DNA from: Squalus acanthias
Lineage: Eukaryota
Assembly (NCBI GenBank): GCA_030390025.1
Contig: CM059452.1
Span: 16,988,001 to 17,052,000, forward strand
DNA: 64,000 bases
Direction: 5' to 3'
The translations under genes were made by a program, and so were the position numbers. The notes below the pieces were generated by a model. It saw only the letters and a program-made list of their open reading frames with translations. It was not told the origin of the DNA and ran no database searches. Within the stretch, counting starts at the first letter, position 1, and every line of letters starts with the position of its first letter. Positions 60,925 to 64,000 of this stretch are shown here, piece by piece.

Positions 60925-62845
60925 ACGCTCGAGGGGCTGAATGGCCGGCTCCTGTTCCTATGTTCCTAACAGGCTCGAGGGGCTGAATGGCCGGCTCCTG
61001 TTCCTATGTTCCAAGCAGGCTCGATGGGCTGAATGGCCGACTCCTGTTCCTATGTTCCAAACAGGCTCGATGGGCTGAATGGCCGGCTCCTGTTCCTATG
61101 TTCCAAGCAGGCTCGATGGGCTGAATGGCCGGCTGCTGTTCCTATGTTCCGAACAGGCTCGATGGGCTGAATGGCCGGCTCCTATCCCCATGTTCCTAAC
61201 AGGCTCGAGGAGCTGAATGGCCGGCTCCTGTTCCTATGTTCCTAACAGGCTCGAGGGGCTGAATGGCCAACTCCTGTTCTTATGTTCCAAACAGCTCGAG
61301 AGGCTGAATCGCCGACTCCTGTTCCTATGTTCCAAACAGGCTCGATGGGCTGAATGGCCGACTCCTGTTCCTATGTTCCAAACAGACTCGATGGGCTGAA
61401 TGGCCGGCTCCTGTTCCTATGTTCCAAACAGGCTCGAGGAGCTGAATGGCCGACTCCTGTTCCTATGTTCCAAACAGGCTCGAGGAGCTGAATGGCCGAC
61501 TCCTGTTCCTATGTTCCAAACAGGCTCGATGGGCTGAATGGCCGATTCCAGTTCCTATGTTCCAAACAGGCTCGAGGAGCTGAATGGCCAACTCCTGTTC
61601 CTATGTTCCAGACAGTCTCGAGGAGCTGAATGGCCAACTCCTGTTCCTATGTTCCAGACAGGCTCGAGGAGCTGAATGGCCAACTCCTGTTCCTATGTTC
61701 CAGACAGGCTCGAGGAGCTGAATGGCCAACTCCTGTTCCTATGTTCCAGACAGGCTCGAGGAGCTGAATGGCCGACTCCTGTTCCTATGTTCCAGACAGG
61801 CTCGAGGAGCTGAATGGCCAACTCCTGTTCCTATGTTCCAGACAGGCTCGAGGAGCTGAATGGCCAACTCCTGTTCCTATGTTCCAGACAGGCTCGAGGA
61901 GCTGAATGGCCAACTCCTGTTCCTATGTTCCAGACAGGCTCGAGGAGCTGAATGGCCGACTCCTGTTCCTATGTTCCAGACAGGCTCGAGGAGCTGAATG
62001 GCCAACTCCTGTTCCTATGTTCCAGACAGGCTCGAGGAGCTGAATGGCCAACTCCTGTTCCTATGTTCCAGACAGGCTCGAGGAGCTGAATGGCCAACTC
62101 CTGTTCCTATGTTCCAGACAGGCTCGAGGAGCTGAATGGCCAACTCCTGTTCCTATGTTCCAGACAGGCTCGAGGAGCTGAATGGCCGACTCCTGTTCCT
62201 ATGTTCCAGACAGGCTCGAGGAGCTGAATGGCCAACTCCTGTTCCTATGTTCCAGACAGGCTCGAGGAGCTGAATGGCCAACTCCTGTTCCTATGTTCCA
62301 GACAGGCTCGAGGAGCTGAATGGCCAACTCCTGTTCCTATGTTCCAGACAGGCTCGAGGAGCTGAATGGCCAACTCCTGTTCCTATGTTCCAGACAGGCT
62401 CGAGGAGCTGAATGGCCAACTCCTGTTCCTATGTTCCAGACAGGCTCGAGGAGCTGAATGGCCGACTCCTGTTCCTATGTTCCAGACAGGCTCGAGGAGC
62501 TGAATGGCCGATTCCTGTTCCTATGTTCCAGACAGGCTCGAGGAGCTGAATGGCCAACTCCTGTTCCTATGTTCCAGACAGGCTCGAGGAGCTGAATGGC
62601 CAACTCCTGTTCCTATGTTCCAGACAGGCTCGAGGAGCTGAATGGCCGACTCCTGTTCCTATGTTCCAGACAGGCTCGAGGAGCTGAATGGCCGACTCCT
62701 GTTCCTATGTTCCAAACAGGCTCGAGGAGCTGAATGGCCGACTCCTGTTCCTATGTTCCAGACAGGCTCGAGGAGCTGAATGGCCGACTCCTGTTCCTAT
62801 GTTCCAAACAGGCTCCAGGGGCTGAATGGCCAACACCTGTTCATA
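60925..62845 (+). repeat. 46-bp minisatellite CAGGCTCGAGGAGCTGAATGGCCAACTCCTGTTCCTATGTTCCAGA derived from the CR1 3' terminus
   Basis: About 41 copies, beginning exactly at the end of a CR1 3'UTR fragment (60820-60965). Confidence 0.95.
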
Positions 62846-63231
62846 GGTAACTACATTTTCTGAGTTTAAATGAAGGTGAACAAATGTGGTCCCAGAACGG
62901 ATCCCTGCAAGACACCATTTCTCACTGTCTGCCATTCTGACAAAAGTCCCGTAACTCCTACCCACTGATTAATGTTTTGGAGCGGAATTTCCATTTATTG
63001 GACCACATGTTCAGGAGAACAACAGAAGAAAGAATGTTCCATAGAAACTAGAATTATCTGTTCTGAATTTCTGTCCTGTACTTACAGTTTTGACTGTTGT
63101 AAACTCCTTTTACAGGCTATTAGAAGGGGGAGGGGGAATTTGCAGACGGGAAAACTCAAACCAAACATCTGAAAGAATCTCTTGATTCATCAGGACCTGA
63201 ATGTCATCGGCCTTTGAATGTGGAAGGAGAA

Positions 63232-63729
63232 ATGTTTGTCTGTAATGTCTGTGGGAAAAGGTTTCAAACATCAGTGTGACTGGAAAAGCACCGAGACACA
63301 CACACCCGAGTGAGAGTGTGCCAGTGCACTGACAGTGGAAAGAGCTTTAACCAGTTACACAGCCTGAAAAAATATAGCACCATTCACAGCGGGGAGAAAC
63401 CGTACACGTGTTCTGTGTGTGGACAAGACTTCAACCGATCGTCCAACCTGGAGAGACACAAGGACACCCGCACCACGGAGAAACCGTGGAAATGTGGGGA
63501 CTGAGGGAAGGGATTCATTTTCCCGTCTGAACTGGAAATTCATCATTGCAGTAACACCGGGGAGAGACTGTTCACATGTTCCGAGTGTGGGAAGGGATTC
63601 ACTCAGTTATCCAACCAGCTCAAACACCAGCGAGTTCACACTGGGGAGAGGCCGTTCACCTGCTCCCTGTGTGGGAAGGGATTCACTCAGTCATCTTTCT
63701 TGCTGAAACACCACCGAATTCACAAGTGA
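63232..63729 (+). pseudogene. C2H2 zinc-finger pseudogene (about 6 fingers)
   Basis: MFVCNVCGKRFQTSV*LEKHRDTH...GEKPYTCSVCG...CGD*GKGF...[30 protein letters not shown]. Stops at 63277-63279 and 63502-63504. Probable acceptor TTTTACAG at ~63115. Confidence 0.9.
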
Positions 63730-64000
63730 CTGCAGGGGTTGGATTCTGCTGTTCTTGCTGCTGTTGATCACATCCAGTCTTGAACCATGTTCATTCTGAC
63801 AGTTTGGGTTTGTTTCTGCTGATGTTAATAGCCCTGTAACTGGGCTGGAGTTTAATATTCTTGATATATGACGAATTAATCAACGGGGTAATGAACAGCT
63901 AAAGTTACTGCTGATTGTGTTTTCCTCCAATGCAGTTCATTCTTACATTTGCAAATACTTCACACTTTAAACAGCTTTGTTCAAATACTGAAAGGTGCAG

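Overview
This is repeat-rich vertebrate genomic DNA, almost certainly from a cartilaginous fish: it carries shark-type IgM exons, CR1 LINEs, Penelope-like elements and Deu-domain SINEs. The main non-repeat content is a decayed antigen-receptor region. Two TCR alpha/delta-type V pseudogenes with 22/23-bp RSSs lie on the + strand (~7.8-8.3 kb and 12.7-13.8 kb). They face, tail-to-tail and ~8 kb away, an IgM heavy-chain constant-region pseudogene on the - strand (CH1 48.4-48.7 kb, CH3 37.9-38.2 kb, CH4/secretory tail 37.05-37.44 kb, TM1 21.57-21.69 kb). This IgM has no recognisable CH2 exon and no recognisable V/D/J upstream. A C2H2 zinc-finger pseudogene closes the window. The rest comprises nested CR1 copies (one full-length with two intact ORFs), two Penelope-like elements with TSDs and minimal hammerhead ribozyme motifs, SINEs, and about ten tandem arrays. 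Several arrays visibly arose in situ from CR1 ORF2, the CR1 3' end, or a TCR V-RSS junction. All calls come from reading the sequence by eye; no database searches were run.
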